Assembly (NCBI GenBank): GCA_045597865.1
Contig: JAZLKX010000029.1
Coordinates: forward strand, 1 to 52,262
Reading direction: 5' to 3'
Source of the DNA: Bacilli bacterium
GTDB lineage: Bacteria > Bacillota_I > Bacilli_A > RFN20 > CAG-826
DNA: 52,262 bases
In this document: one piece after another, positions 1 to 9,149 of the stretch
Position numbering within the stretch: the stretch's first letter is position 1
Layout of the letters: the number at the start of each line of letters is the position of its first letter
Notes under the pieces: generated by a model
Database searches by the model: none
Told to the model about the DNA's origin: nothing
Seen by the model: only the letters and a program-made list of their open reading frames with translations
Position numbers and translations under genes: made by a program

Positions 1-1
1 C

Positions 2-1024
2 TGCAAAAAATCATTTAGACAAAAAATTAATTTCTATGATGCGTATTGTGACATTTCTAATGAAACAAAGTTTCAAATTGCCCAGGAACTTAAAACATTT
101 AAAAATATCACCGAAATATCAAAGGAATTTAATGTTTCTCCATCAAAAATAAGAGAAATTCTTGATAATGACATCCCCTACCAAAAGAGAGGAAAGCTTC
201 CTGAAGTCCTCTGTATTGATGAATTTTGTTTTAGACATTCTTCTAAAGGCGAAAAATTTCCTGCAGTAATTTCTGATGGATTAACTGGAAGAATTATCGA
301 TATTGTTGAATCAAGAAGAAAAGATTATTTGGTTGATTACTTTAGTAAAATACCTTTTGGTGAACGCAAAAATGTTAAATATTTTGTTTCTGATATGAAT
401 GATACTTACAAACAAATGCATAGAATTTTCTTCCCTGATGCAATTTATTTGATTGATATGTTTCACATCAGTAACTTGTTTAATAATTGTGTTCGTGAGG
501 TCCGAAGTCGCATCATGAAAAATAACGAAAAAGGCTCAAAAGAGTATGGTTTTCTCAAGAATAATTGGAAATTCTTTCAAATGCACGAAGATCGACTTGT
601 TACTTTAAAGAAGATAAATGAAAGAACCGGCGTCGTTACATTTTGGAATGAAGAGGTCAAATATGTTTTGAGAAAATACAATGAACTCAACAAAGCTTTT
701 TCTTTAAAAGAAGAATTCTACAAAGCAACCCGAAAACTTTTGTTCTACACAGAAGCAGAAAGATTGATTTCCTTTCTGATTATAAGTTCAAATTCGTCAC
801 TTGTTCCTGAAGTTAACAAGTTGGGCAAATCATTACAAAATTGGAAATATGAAATTGTTAACGCTTTAGTAAGAAACCCATACAAAAGAAGACTGTCAAA
901 TGGCGTTGCAGAGGCAAACAATTCAGTTATTGAAAAATTAATTTCAACTTCTTTTGGATTGGTTAACTTCACTAGACTCCGAAAAAGGATACTTTACATA
1001 GTGAATAGCAAGAAGACCGGATAA
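2..1024 (+). CDS. ISL3-family transposase (5'-partial)
   Basis: Frame is open from base 2 (CKKSFRQK...LPEVLCIDEF...) into the listed 329..1024 ORF; ISL3-type motifs LCIDEF, SDM, IDMFH, SNGVAEANN, FG..NF.RLRKRIL. Confidence 0.9.
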   Translation, partial: CKKSFRQKINFYDAYCDISNETKFQIAQELKTFKNITEISKEFNVSPSKIREILDNDIPYQKRGKLPEVLCIDEFCFRHSSKGEKFPAVISDGLTGRIIDIVESRRKDYLVDYFSKIPFGERKNVKYFVSDMNDTYKQMHRIFFPDAIYLIDMFHISNLFNNCVREVRSRIMKNNEKGSKEYGFLKNNWKFFQMHEDRLVTLKKINERTGVVTFWNEEVKYVLRKYNELNKAFSLKEEFYKATRKLLFYTEAERLISFLIISSNSSLVPEVNKLGKSLQNWKYEIVNALVRNPYKRRLSNGVAEANNSVIEKLISTSFGLVNFTRLRKRILYIVNSKKTG

Positions 1025-1050
1025 CCTGTTCGGTATTTCCGGTCTTCTTT
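1010..1050 (+). terminator. Hairpin overlapping transposase stop
   Basis: AAGAAGACCGGA (1010-1021) / TCCGGTCTTCTT (1038-1049) 12-bp inverted repeat. Confidence 0.55.
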
Positions 1051-1124
1051 ACCCCATTTTAACGTGGAGTTATTTGATAATGTTTTTGGGGCTAAACCCC
1101 ATGGAACCCCATTTTAACGTGGAG
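1051..1124. repeat. 19-bp direct repeat ACCCCATTTTAACGTGGAG (1051-1069 and 1106-1124), subterminal copy of IS end
   Basis: Two exact copies read directly; second copy forms the presumed terminal IR. Confidence 0.85.
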
Positions 1125-1130
1125 ACCCTA

Positions 1131-1175
1131 AAATTAAAAACGGAGATTCACATTAAGTGGTCTCCGTTTTAATTT
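1131..1175 (-). terminator. Intrinsic terminator of hit
   Basis: AAAACGGAGA...TCTCCGTTTT stem with A/T tracts right after the hit stop. Confidence 0.7.
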
Positions 1176-1177
1176 AA

Positions 1178-1600
1178 TTAAATAGCTTTTTTAATTTGAG
1201 ATGCAAGTGCTGGAAGAGATAACTCTCCAAGCTTTTCATTTTCTTTCATCTCAATTCTAAATCCATCATCTGCGACATAACGTGGAATAACGTGCACATG
1301 GAAGTGATAAACGCTTTGGCCTGCCTCTTTATTAACATTTGTTAATATATTGACTCCTTTGGCCCCTAAAATGCTAATTTGGGCCTGTCCTATACGTTGA
1401 GCAACATCCATAACCTTATGCATAATGTCTTTTTCTGCAGTTAGGAAGTTTTGTGTATGTATTTTAGGAATTACAAGCGTATGTCCTTGTGTTACTTGTG
1501 AGATGTCTAGGAAAGCTAAAACATCATCATCTTCATAAACAATGTTGCTAGGAATAATTCCTTGAGCTATTTTACAAAAAATACAATCTTTGTCGTACAT
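1178..1600 (-). CDS. hit: HIT family nucleotide hydrolase
   Basis: DCIFCKI N-terminus and HFHVHVIPR histidine triad; start moved to ATG 1600, which has GGAG 6 nt upstream. Confidence 0.93.
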   Translation of the reverse strand: MYDKDCIFCKIAQGIIPSNIVYEDDDVLAFLDISQVTQGHTLVIPKIHTQNFLTAEKDIMHKVMDVAQRIGQAQISILGAKGVNILTNVNKEAGQSVYHFHVHVIPRYVADDGFRIEMKENEKLGELSLPALASQIKKAI

Positions 1601-1612
1601 AGTTTTCTCCAA

Positions 1613-1641
1613 AAATAAAGGGAGACCACGAGGATCTCCCT
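1613..1641 (-). terminator. Hairpin/terminator after lipoprotein pair
   Basis: AGGGAGA...TCTCCCT stem followed on the minus strand by a T-rich tract. Confidence 0.55.
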
Positions 1642-1651
1642 AAAAGTTTAA

Positions 1652-3565
1652 TTAGTCTTCGTCATCAAACAAATCTGGATATTCGCTCTTGAAGTGTTCA
1701 TAGAGTGAAGTTTCGTAGAATGTGAATTCGTATCCTTTAAGGATTTCTGTGTAAGCATCCTTAATGTAGGAATCTTTAGTTCCTAAGACTTTTGCAACTT
1801 CTCTTGCAATTTCTTCTGTCTTGAAGACATCATCTTTTGTTTCTGCGAGTTTGCTATAAGATGTAGCAGATTCGAGATTTAATTTTGGTGTTGATGGAGC
1901 TTCTTCTACTAAGACAATGTAGAATGCTTTGCCCTCGACATCTTGATAAACATAGTTGTAATGGTTGTCAGCATATGCTTGAGATTTTGCTGGAATGACA
2001 AATTTCTTGCCATTGATGTTTCTCATATATGGAGCTCTCTTGACATCGTTACCTTTCTTATCGGTTTCATATGCGCCTGGTCCATAGTGCATAACGCCAT
2101 CAACTTCTGCGCTTGCGCCTTCTGGAAGAGATCCATCTTCATATTTTAATGAACCATCATCAAGAGTATTTGCAACATTAATGTTGAATAAACGATCTCT
2201 TAATGCTGATGGGAGTTCACTTAATCCACCGTTTTTGATGAACCAACCATCGGTTGTGTAGTCTTCTTTTGCAAGTGAAATAAGTTTTTCTCTTAAACCA
2301 TATGCTTTAGATTTTCCGCTTGATGTGAACTTGTCTAATTCAGCCTTTTCAGAAGCAATTGGGAATCTTCCGGATTCTTCTGCTCTAATAGCTTTTTGAT
2401 ATGAAACAAGCAATTCACCAAGTTTTGATTCTTTGTAGTATGTTCCTGCTGGAACAAGAACAACATCGCCAAGTTTATAGTGATCTGCATCTGCTTCTTT
2501 GACTTCAATACCGTTGCAAGATGATGTACCATCATCAACTGGATCTCCGCCAAGAGTATCTTTTAATAAGTTATATGCGTCTTCTGAACCTTCAAATTTG
2601 ATAATACCTTTGTTGCTTGTTGCAGCATCATCAGTAACATCAAATGCTCCGATTCCTTTGTAGCCTTTTATTGCATCAGCAATAATTTCAAAATTAAACT
2701 TTGCAGTATCTTCACCGACAACGTATTTGTCAGCAAATTTCTTTAACATCTTCCATGGAGTAACGTCGTTTTCATATGAAACTTTGATATAGTTTACTTT
2801 ACGAGCGTATGCACGTCCAAGTGAAGAATAGTTGTTGTTGTAAACATATTCTTCGACGAGTTTGTCTTTAAGAATTTGTGGGAAAACTTTTTCTTCAATG
2901 TAGCCACGCTTTCCTTCTTCTGAGTTACTATATAAATCTTCATGTAAGAATGAGAATGCATTCTTTTTTGTTAATTCATTAGTAACGAAGAATGTGTTGA
3001 ATTTAGCTCCATCAGGAATTGGTTGGAGATCATAGAATTCATAGTAGTGGGCCATCCAAAGTTTTGACTCATCGAATTTTCCTTCGTCGTCATTGTATGA
3101 ACCAGAAGTAATTTCGTTGTAGAAGAATTCGTTAATTCTGTCCATGATATCTTCATAGAAGATATTGAAACGATTTAAACGAACTGCATTAGCATCAACT
3201 CCTTTGTCAGCAAATTTGTCATCACCATCACGGTGGAAGACTTTTGAATATTTGTTAACAAATGCGAGTTTTGTATCATCGCTTGCGTTAGCATCTTTGA
3301 TTTCCTTATAGGAACCAAATCTACCTAAAGCGACTTCTTCAAGAAGGTCGGAGACAATCTTGGTATTTCTGTCAGTAGCGACAGAATCATAAATTTTTCC
3401 TATCTTATTGTCATCACCAGCTACAACTGAATCGTCTGCATTAATAACAATTGGTTCATCATAGCTTGTTGGGACTGCTGAAATAGGATCACATGATGCG
3501 AGAATGAATGCACCTGATAATGCGCAAACACCTGCAAATAATTTTTTAGAGATGTTCTTTTCCAT
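1652..3565 (-). CDS. Large lipoprotein (637 aa), unknown function, possibly a degenerate PrsA/SurA-like protein
   Basis: Signal peptide with lipobox LASC; overlaps upstream lipoprotein gene by 20 bp; fold assignment is inference only. Confidence 0.75.
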   Translation of the reverse strand: MEKNISKKLFAGVCALSGAFILASCDPISAVPTSYDEPIVINADDSVVAGDDNKIGKIYDSVATDRNTKIVSDLLEEVALGRFGSYKEIKDANASDDTKLAFVNKYSKVFHRDGDDKFADKGVDANAVRLNRFNIFYEDIMDRINEFFYNEITSGSYNDDEGKFDESKLWMAHYYEFYDLQPIPDGAKFNTFFVTNELTKKNAFSFLHEDLYSNSEEGKRGYIEEKVFPQILKDKLVEEYVYNNNYSSLGRAYARKVNYIKVSYENDVTPWKMLKKFADKYVVGEDTAKFNFEIIADAIKGYKGIGAFDVTDDAATSNKGIIKFEGSEDAYNLLKDTLGGDPVDDGTSSCNGIEVKEADADHYKLGDVVLVPAGTYYKESKLGELLVSYQKAIRAEESGRFPIASEKAELDKFTSSGKSKAYGLREKLISLAKEDYTTDGWFIKNGGLSELPSALRDRLFNINVANTLDDGSLKYEDGSLPEGASAEVDGVMHYGPGAYETDKKGNDVKRAPYMRNINGKKFVIPAKSQAYADNHYNYVYQDVEGKAFYIVLVEEAPSTPKLNLESATSYSKLAETKDDVFKTEEIAREVAKVLGTKDSYIKDAYTEILKGYEFTFYETSLYEHFKSEYPDLFDDED

Positions 3566-5729
3566 CGTTGCAAAGTGCTCCTTCCTTTTTAAATAAATCA
3601 GAGATTTCGCTTATGTATATAGATTTGTTTGGATCAGCAACATAAACATCGCCAGTAATGGCAGCGCCGATTGTGTAATCAGAACCAGCAACCAATAAGG
3701 TTCCATCTGCTTTATAGTAATTAACACCATCTTCATATGTTCCGGTGGCTAAAACTTTAACTTCTTTGAACAATTCTTTATTGCCAATTCTAATGGATAA
3801 AATTTTGGTTTTTGCAGCTTCCAATGATGAAACTTCATTTGCATCAACCATAGCTTGTGCCATTTCATCAATAATAGCTGATAATTCAACCTTTTCTTTA
3901 TTTTTGTCTAAACCATTACCATTTAGATAAGCGATACGGCAAGCTTGTGAGACAAGCTTTCCACGTTCATCGTTTTGTTTACGTAATGTTTCAATGTAAT
4001 CGTTCCATGTTTTTTCCCAAGCTTCGCCTTTTTCTTGTTCTTTCTTATCGAGTCCACGAGCAATCCACATTTGTAATACTTGTCCTAATTGCTCATTCTT
4101 AACTTTAATACCTTCTTCATTGAAGAATCTTTGGAAGATATATTTGTTAAGTCTTTCGGAATCATAAGATTTGAATGTTGATAATAGACTCTCAGCTCTT
4201 GGCTTTGTGTCAGAAGCTTCTTTTCTTGAGTCAAAGTTGACGTATGTTGCTTTAGGATTTTTTGCTTCATCAATTGGATAAGCATCTTGATCTGGATAAT
4301 AGGTTGTGTAGTATTCGCTTAATGAAACATTTGGATTTGTATCAAATGCTGAACGATTAACAATAATAAAGTGAATACCTTGATAATCACTACCTGCACG
4401 GACACAAAGGATTGGTGTCCAGCCAGATGCGGTTTTAACACTTAAAACATTTTTGCCAAGGTCATCCATGTGAATGAAACCTGTGCTCTTGGTTGCTTTT
4501 TCTGAGTCACTTAAGATGTGATCATCAGAATCAGGAACTGTAATAAGTGCGACTGAGTGTCTGTTTAAATATTTGTTATAGACGATATTTCTTGGATAGA
4601 AATTAGCCGAATCTTCTATAACAGATTTTCCGTTTGCGTCTTTGTCGATTTCTGCGACATCGTATAAATCTTTAAAGACTGAGAATGGAATTTCTGGGAC
4701 TTCTGCTCCGAATGCATCAAGTGAGACTTTTTGGAAGCTCTTTGCAATGCCTGTAACTTCTGAAGCAGTTGCAGAGTTTCCTGGAATATTGATGTTGGAT
4801 GCAAGGACTTGTTCTTTGTTTCCGCCTAAGAAGTTCTCATAGGCATAAATGCCTAATTTGAATTCATTGACGTAACCTGTTGAGTAGTCCATGATTCCAA
4901 GGTCACCGAAGTTTGCTGCAGAACCTGTATCTTCAGAATAACGTTTTGCAATTGTACCGAAGCTATCGACGTTGTTTTTGTCTGCTAATTCATTAACAAC
5001 GTTAAATAACTTCTTAGCGTTTGCTTCTGAGATTGTTCCGTTTGCATAGTTGGTGCCTGAACCATCTTCTAATTTAACAAGGATGTGTGATACGTGATAT
5101 GGGACCATATCTTTGAAATAACCATTCCAAAGTTGTTTTTCTCCATCATACTTAATGCTAGTATCACCCATCTTGATATCTTCAATGTGGTACTTGTAGA
5201 AGTTATCTTCGAAGAATTCTTTTTTAACTTCTTCGATGTACTTCTCTCTTAATTCGTCTTCATCTTTAGCGCCTTTGCTAGAGAGAATTGAGTTGAATTC
5301 GTCTGAATAACTTGTGCCGTTGTTATCAGCATTTGTTTGTGCAGTATTTTTGTCGGAACCGACTCTTTTATCTGCTTCAGCTTTAATTTCACCCATTTGT
5401 GGTTTTCCAAGATATTTCTTGGTTGTAACTTGATTTCCGTCTTTATCTTTTGAGATAACATCTGCTTCGTCAATATATGGATCCTTTTCGAAGTAGTTAC
5501 GGACAACAATAGAATTGATTGCATCAAAGATTGATTGGAACTTTGAAGAATCTTTGTAATAATCTTCCAACAAATCATCGGCTTTGATATCGATGGAAGG
5601 ATTATCACCTTCTTTATAGGTTATGATTTTACCATCAGCAGAATACTTAACGACGTTGTCACAACCAGCAAGAGTGCCAGCAGTGAGCATCGCGGTCATA
5701 ATGCCAATAGCTAACTTAGATTTTTTCAT
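3546..5729 (-). CDS. Large lipoprotein (~727 aa) with PpiC/parvulin-type PPIase domain (PrsA-like foldase)
   Basis: Start at ATG 5729 (MKKSKLAIG..LAGC lipobox, AGGAGG upstream); parvulin motifs HVSHILVK, FGTIAKRYSEDTGSAANFGDLG, YVNEF, GIHFII; neighbour of hit as prsA is in Bacillus. Confidence 0.8.
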   Translation of the reverse strand: MKKSKLAIGIMTAMLTAGTLAGCDNVVKYSADGKIITYKEGDNPSIDIKADDLLEDYYKDSSKFQSIFDAINSIVVRNYFEKDPYIDEADVISKDKDGNQVTTKKYLGKPQMGEIKAEADKRVGSDKNTAQTNADNNGTSYSDEFNSILSSKGAKDEDELREKYIEEVKKEFFEDNFYKYHIEDIKMGDTSIKYDGEKQLWNGYFKDMVPYHVSHILVKLEDGSGTNYANGTISEANAKKLFNVVNELADKNNVDSFGTIAKRYSEDTGSAANFGDLGIMDYSTGYVNEFKLGIYAYENFLGGNKEQVLASNINIPGNSATASEVTGIAKSFQKVSLDAFGAEVPEIPFSVFKDLYDVAEIDKDANGKSVIEDSANFYPRNIVYNKYLNRHSVALITVPDSDDHILSDSEKATKSTGFIHMDDLGKNVLSVKTASGWTPILCVRAGSDYQGIHFIIVNRSAFDTNPNVSLSEYYTTYYPDQDAYPIDEAKNPKATYVNFDSRKEASDTKPRAESLLSTFKSYDSERLNKYIFQRFFNEEGIKVKNEQLGQVLQMWIARGLDKKEQEKGEAWEKTWNDYIETLRKQNDERGKLVSQACRIAYLNGNGLDKNKEKVELSAIIDEMAQAMVDANEVSSLEAAKTKILSIRIGNKELFKEVKVLATGTYEDGVNYYKADGTLLVAGSDYTIGAAITGDVYVADPNKSIYISEISDLFKKEGALCNDGKEHL

Positions 5730-5766
5730 AAGACCTACGTGCCTCCTTTTCAAACATAGCGAGGGT

Positions 5767-5795
5767 ATTATATACATTTAATTGTATAAATACAA
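5767..5795 (-). promoter_or_regulatory. Sigma-A promoter for lipoprotein pair
   Basis: TTGTAT-17nt-TATAAT on minus strand. Confidence 0.6.
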
Positions 5796-5906
5796 CAAAC
5801 TTTTTACTCAACTTTAATAAACAAGTTTATTTTTTGCTATATTTTTGTTGGAAATGTGAAAAAGAACAAAAATCAAAGATTTTTGAAAGATTTTTTATCA
5901 TTTCAT

Positions 5907-5935
5907 TTGCTAAGCGCCTTTTTCTTATATAAAAT
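5907..5935 (+). promoter_or_regulatory. Sigma-A promoter for suf operon
   Basis: TTGCTA-17nt-TAAAAT. Confidence 0.55.
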
Positions 5936-5964
5936 AGTTGCGGTTTAAAGAGGAGATTATGCCT

Positions 5965-6786
5965 ATGTCAAAGCTAAGAATTGAGAACTTATACGTTGCT
6001 GTAAAAGATAAAGAAATCCTAAAAGGATTAACTATTGAATTTTCGTCAAATGAGACCATTGCTTTACTAGGTCCAAACGGTAACGGAAAATCTACTCTTT
6101 TACAAACCATTATGGGCAACCCAAATTACACTATTAGAAGTGGTAATATTTGGTTTGACGATAAAGACATCACAAAATTATCAGTTGATGAACGTTCAAA
6201 ATTAGGAATTTTCCTCGGAATGCAATATCCAAGTGAGGTTCCAGGCGTTAACAATTCTGATTTTTTGAAGTCTGCACTTAATTCTCACAGAGAAAAACCA
6301 GTCTCATTATTTGAATTTTATAGATTAATGAATAATGCATACGAAAAAATGCATATTCCTTTCGAAATGGCTAACAGAAATCTCAATGAAGGTTTTTCTG
6401 GCGGCGAAAAGAAGAAAAATGAAATTCTCCAAATGTTAGTTTTAAATCCAGAACTCGTTTTATTGGATGAAATTGACTCTGGTCTTGATGTTGACGCAAT
6501 TCAAATTGTTGCAAATGTAATTAAAGAAGAACAATCCAAACGTGGATTTTTAATTGTTTCGCACTATGCAAAACTCTATGATCTTATCAATATTGACAAG
6601 GTTGTTGTTCTTATTAACGGCAAGATTGCAAAGGTTGGAGACAAGTCATTAATTAAAAAGATTGATGAGCAAGGTTATGAGTGGATGAAGGCTGAAGGAA
6701 TTGAGTTCAAAAATGAAGAAAAAATGAGCTCAGTTTCTATCGGAACTTGTGCCACAAAAGAAGCATTAAAAGGAGCCAAAAAATAG
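5965..6786 (+). CDS. sufC: Fe-S cluster assembly ATPase SufC
   Basis: Walker A GPNGNGKST, NEGFSGGEKKKNEILQM, LDEIDSGLD; start at ATG 5965 best fits GAGGAG. Confidence 0.95.
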   Translation: MSKLRIENLYVAVKDKEILKGLTIEFSSNETIALLGPNGNGKSTLLQTIMGNPNYTIRSGNIWFDDKDITKLSVDERSKLGIFLGMQYPSEVPGVNNSDFLKSALNSHREKPVSLFEFYRLMNNAYEKMHIPFEMANRNLNEGFSGGEKKKNEILQMLVLNPELVLLDEIDSGLDVDAIQIVANVIKEEQSKRGFLIVSHYAKLYDLINIDKVVVLINGKIAKVGDKSLIKKIDEQGYEWMKAEGIEFKNEEKMSSVSIGTCATKEALKGAKK

Positions 6787-7487
6787 TGACAAATATTACA
6801 TTAAAAAATAATGAAAAACGCGTACTCGAGTACACGAAATTTTCTGATGTAAATTTAGTCCTCAATGAAGGCTCTGAATTAACTTTAAAATTAGCAAATT
6901 TTGAAGAAAATTCTGAAATAAACATTACTGGAAAAATTGGAAAATATGCGAGAATTTCCGTGGTTTTTGCTGATTTTTCGAGTGGGAATAGCAAAATTGT
7001 GAGTCAAATAAATTTAGCTGAAGAAGGCGCAACTTGCGATTGGCATTTAGCAACTTTAGCCAACAAAAAAGACAATAAAATTTTTGATATTTCTTTTAAA
7101 CATTTAGTTGGAAAAACAACCTCACTTATGGACAATTATGGAGTAGCTCGTGATGACTCAAAAATTGTCTTCTCAGGAGTGTCCCATATTACTGAAGGAG
7201 CTAAGGGCTCAAATGCTAAGCAAAATGCTAAGATTATTGTCTTTGATAAGAACTCTCAAGGCGTCGCTTCTCCAATATTAAAAATTGATGAAAATGAAGT
7301 TCAAGCAAGCCATGGTGCGATTGTTGGACAACTTAATTCTGATCATATGTTCTATTTAATGTCGCGCGGTCTTACACGTGATGAAGCAAGAATGCTTATA
7401 ACTCTTGGTTACTTAAAACCAGTTTCAAAAGAATTTTCTGAAGAAACTCAAAATTTAATTGAAGAAGCTATTAAGGAGGCAATGTAA
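6786..7487 (+). CDS. sufD: SufD-family Fe-S assembly protein (short form)
   Basis: P.LKIDENEVQASHGA.VGQ...FYLMSRGL motif; GTG 6786 with AAGGAG upstream; position in operon. Confidence 0.88.
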   Translation: MTNITLKNNEKRVLEYTKFSDVNLVLNEGSELTLKLANFEENSEINITGKIGKYARISVVFADFSSGNSKIVSQINLAEEGATCDWHLATLANKKDNKIFDISFKHLVGKTTSLMDNYGVARDDSKIVFSGVSHITEGAKGSNAKQNAKIIVFDKNSQGVASPILKIDENEVQASHGAIVGQLNSDHMFYLMSRGLTRDEARMLITLGYLKPVSKEFSEETQNLIEEAIKEAM

Positions 7488-8719
7488 TGTTTGATCCTTA
7501 TAAAATAAGAAATGATTTTCCGATGTTTACTAGCAAAACCAAAATGCAAGGTTGCGATTTGGTGTTTTTAGATAATGCATCTACAACATTTAAGCCTCAA
7601 TGCGTTATTGATGCTTGTAATCTTTACTATTGTAAAGAAACATCAAATTCTGGACGCGGTGATTATGACCTTATGTATAAAGTTGATACTACTGTCGAAG
7701 AAACAAGAAAGAATATAGCAGCATTTATTAATGCTGATGTAGATGAAATTGTGTTCACTTCTGGTGATACAGAATCGTTAAATATTGTTGCTTTTGGTTG
7801 GGGAAGATTTAACCTCAAAAAAGACGACGAAGTCTTAATTACAGAGGCAGAACACGCTTCTTGTGCGATGCCTTGGTTTGCTTTAGCAAAATCTGTTGGT
7901 TGTAAGACTAAATTTATTGAATTAACTGATGAAGGTAGACTAACTTTAGAAAACGTTAAAAAAGCAGTAAATGAACACACAAAAGTAATTTCTGTTGCAA
8001 ACGTAACAAACGTCCTCGGTTTCTATACAGATTTAAAACCAATTTGTAAGTTTGCTCATGAACACGGAATTATTGTTGTTTGTGATGGTGCTCAATCAGT
8101 ACCTCATATGAAAACAGATGTCAAGGACATGGATGTTGATTTTTTAACTTTTTCAGGTCATAAAATGTGTGGTCCAACTGGAATAGGAATTCTTTATGGT
8201 AAAAAGGAATTACTTGAAAAGACAATGCCATTAATTCTTGGTGGTGGAATGAATGAAGATTTCACAAAAGAAGGAAATTGTGTTTTGCATCCAGCTCCAA
8301 GAAAATTAGAACCAGGAACATTAAATATTGATGGAATCTATGGTTTGAATGCCGCTATCAAATATCTTGAAGGTATTGGAATGGACAACATTCAAAAACA
8401 CGAACAAGAAATTAGAAAGTACGCAATTGATAAAATGAAAGGTATTAAGGATTTAGTTATTTACAATGAAAATGCTGAAGCCGGAATCATTTCATTTAAT
8501 ATTAAAAATGTATTCGCACAAGATCTCGCTACATTACTTAATTCAAAAGGAATTGCAGTAAGAAGCGGCAACCATTGCGCAAAGATTTTAAAAGAACAAA
8601 TTAAAGAGATCGCAACAGTAAGAGCATCCTTCTATTTATACACTACAAAAGAAGACATTGATGCACTTGTTGAAGCGCTCAAAGAAGGAGGTAATTTCTT
8701 AGATGCCTATTTCGCTTAG
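7487..8719 (+). CDS. sufS: Cysteine desulfurase SufS
   Basis: LDNAST, DGAQS, FSGHKMCGPTGIG (PLP lysine), group II RSGNHCA. Confidence 0.95.
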   Translation: MFDPYKIRNDFPMFTSKTKMQGCDLVFLDNASTTFKPQCVIDACNLYYCKETSNSGRGDYDLMYKVDTTVEETRKNIAAFINADVDEIVFTSGDTESLNIVAFGWGRFNLKKDDEVLITEAEHASCAMPWFALAKSVGCKTKFIELTDEGRLTLENVKKAVNEHTKVISVANVTNVLGFYTDLKPICKFAHEHGIIVVCDGAQSVPHMKTDVKDMDVDFLTFSGHKMCGPTGIGILYGKKELLEKTMPLILGGGMNEDFTKEGNCVLHPAPRKLEPGTLNIDGIYGLNAAIKYLEGIGMDNIQKHEQEIRKYAIDKMKGIKDLVIYNENAEAGIISFNIKNVFAQDLATLLNSKGIAVRSGNHCAKILKEQIKEIATVRASFYLYTTKEDIDALVEALKEGGNFLDAYFA

Positions 8720-9149
8720 TCCTCAAATGATGAGACAAATTATCATGGATCACTATGATAACCCACAATATAAAAAAACCCCAGAAAATGCAGGGATTTT
8801 TGAGAAAATTCACATGCATTCATCAAATTGTATAGATGATATTAATGTCTATGCATTGCTTGAAAACGGACTTGTAAAAGAAGCTTATTGGGATGGTGTC
8901 GCATGCACAATTTCTACCTCTTCTACAGATATAATGTGTGGTCTTATGATTGGTAAATCTTGGGAAGATGCCAAGTATATTATTGATCAATATCATCACA
9001 TGATTCACGAGGAACCTTACGATAATTCAGTCCTCGATGAAGCTATTGTTTTTATGAACACATCAAAGCAAGCAGCTCGTATCAAATGTGCAACAATTGG
9101 ATGGGATGCAATGCACGAAATGATTTGTAAACACGACCATGAAAAATAA
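8703..9149 (+). CDS. sufU: SUF system sulfur-transfer/scaffold protein SufU
   Basis: [27 protein letters not shown]. Confidence 0.92.
   Translation: MPISLSPQMMRQIIMDHYDNPQYKKTPENAGIFEKIHMHSSNCIDDINVYALLENGLVKEAYWDGVACTISTSSTDIMCGLMIGKSWEDAKYIIDQYHHMIHEEPYDNSVLDEAIVFMNTSKQAARIKCATIGWDAMHEMICKHDHEK

Larger units (their letters stand above)
1..1127 (+). mobile_element. ISL3-family insertion sequence, 3' part (left end outside window)
   Basis: Transposase ORF followed by probable right end ...ACCCCATTTTAACGTGGAGACC (1106-1127; reverse complement starts GG as in ISL3 IRs), abutting AT-rich sequence. Confidence 0.85.

Noticed and set aside
1051-1124. 19-bp repeat pair with 36-nt gap resembling a mini CRISPR
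   Set aside because: Only two short copies, no cas genes, and fully explained as IS end sequences.
1121-1641. GGAGACC/GGTCTCC shared by the IS end and two nearby terminators
   Set aside because: 7-bp match in GC-rich stems; consistent with chance.
5868-5896. AAAGATTTTT direct/inverted repeats between lipoprotein and suf promoters
   Set aside because: Low-complexity AT-rich sequence; cannot be distinguished from chance without comparative data.
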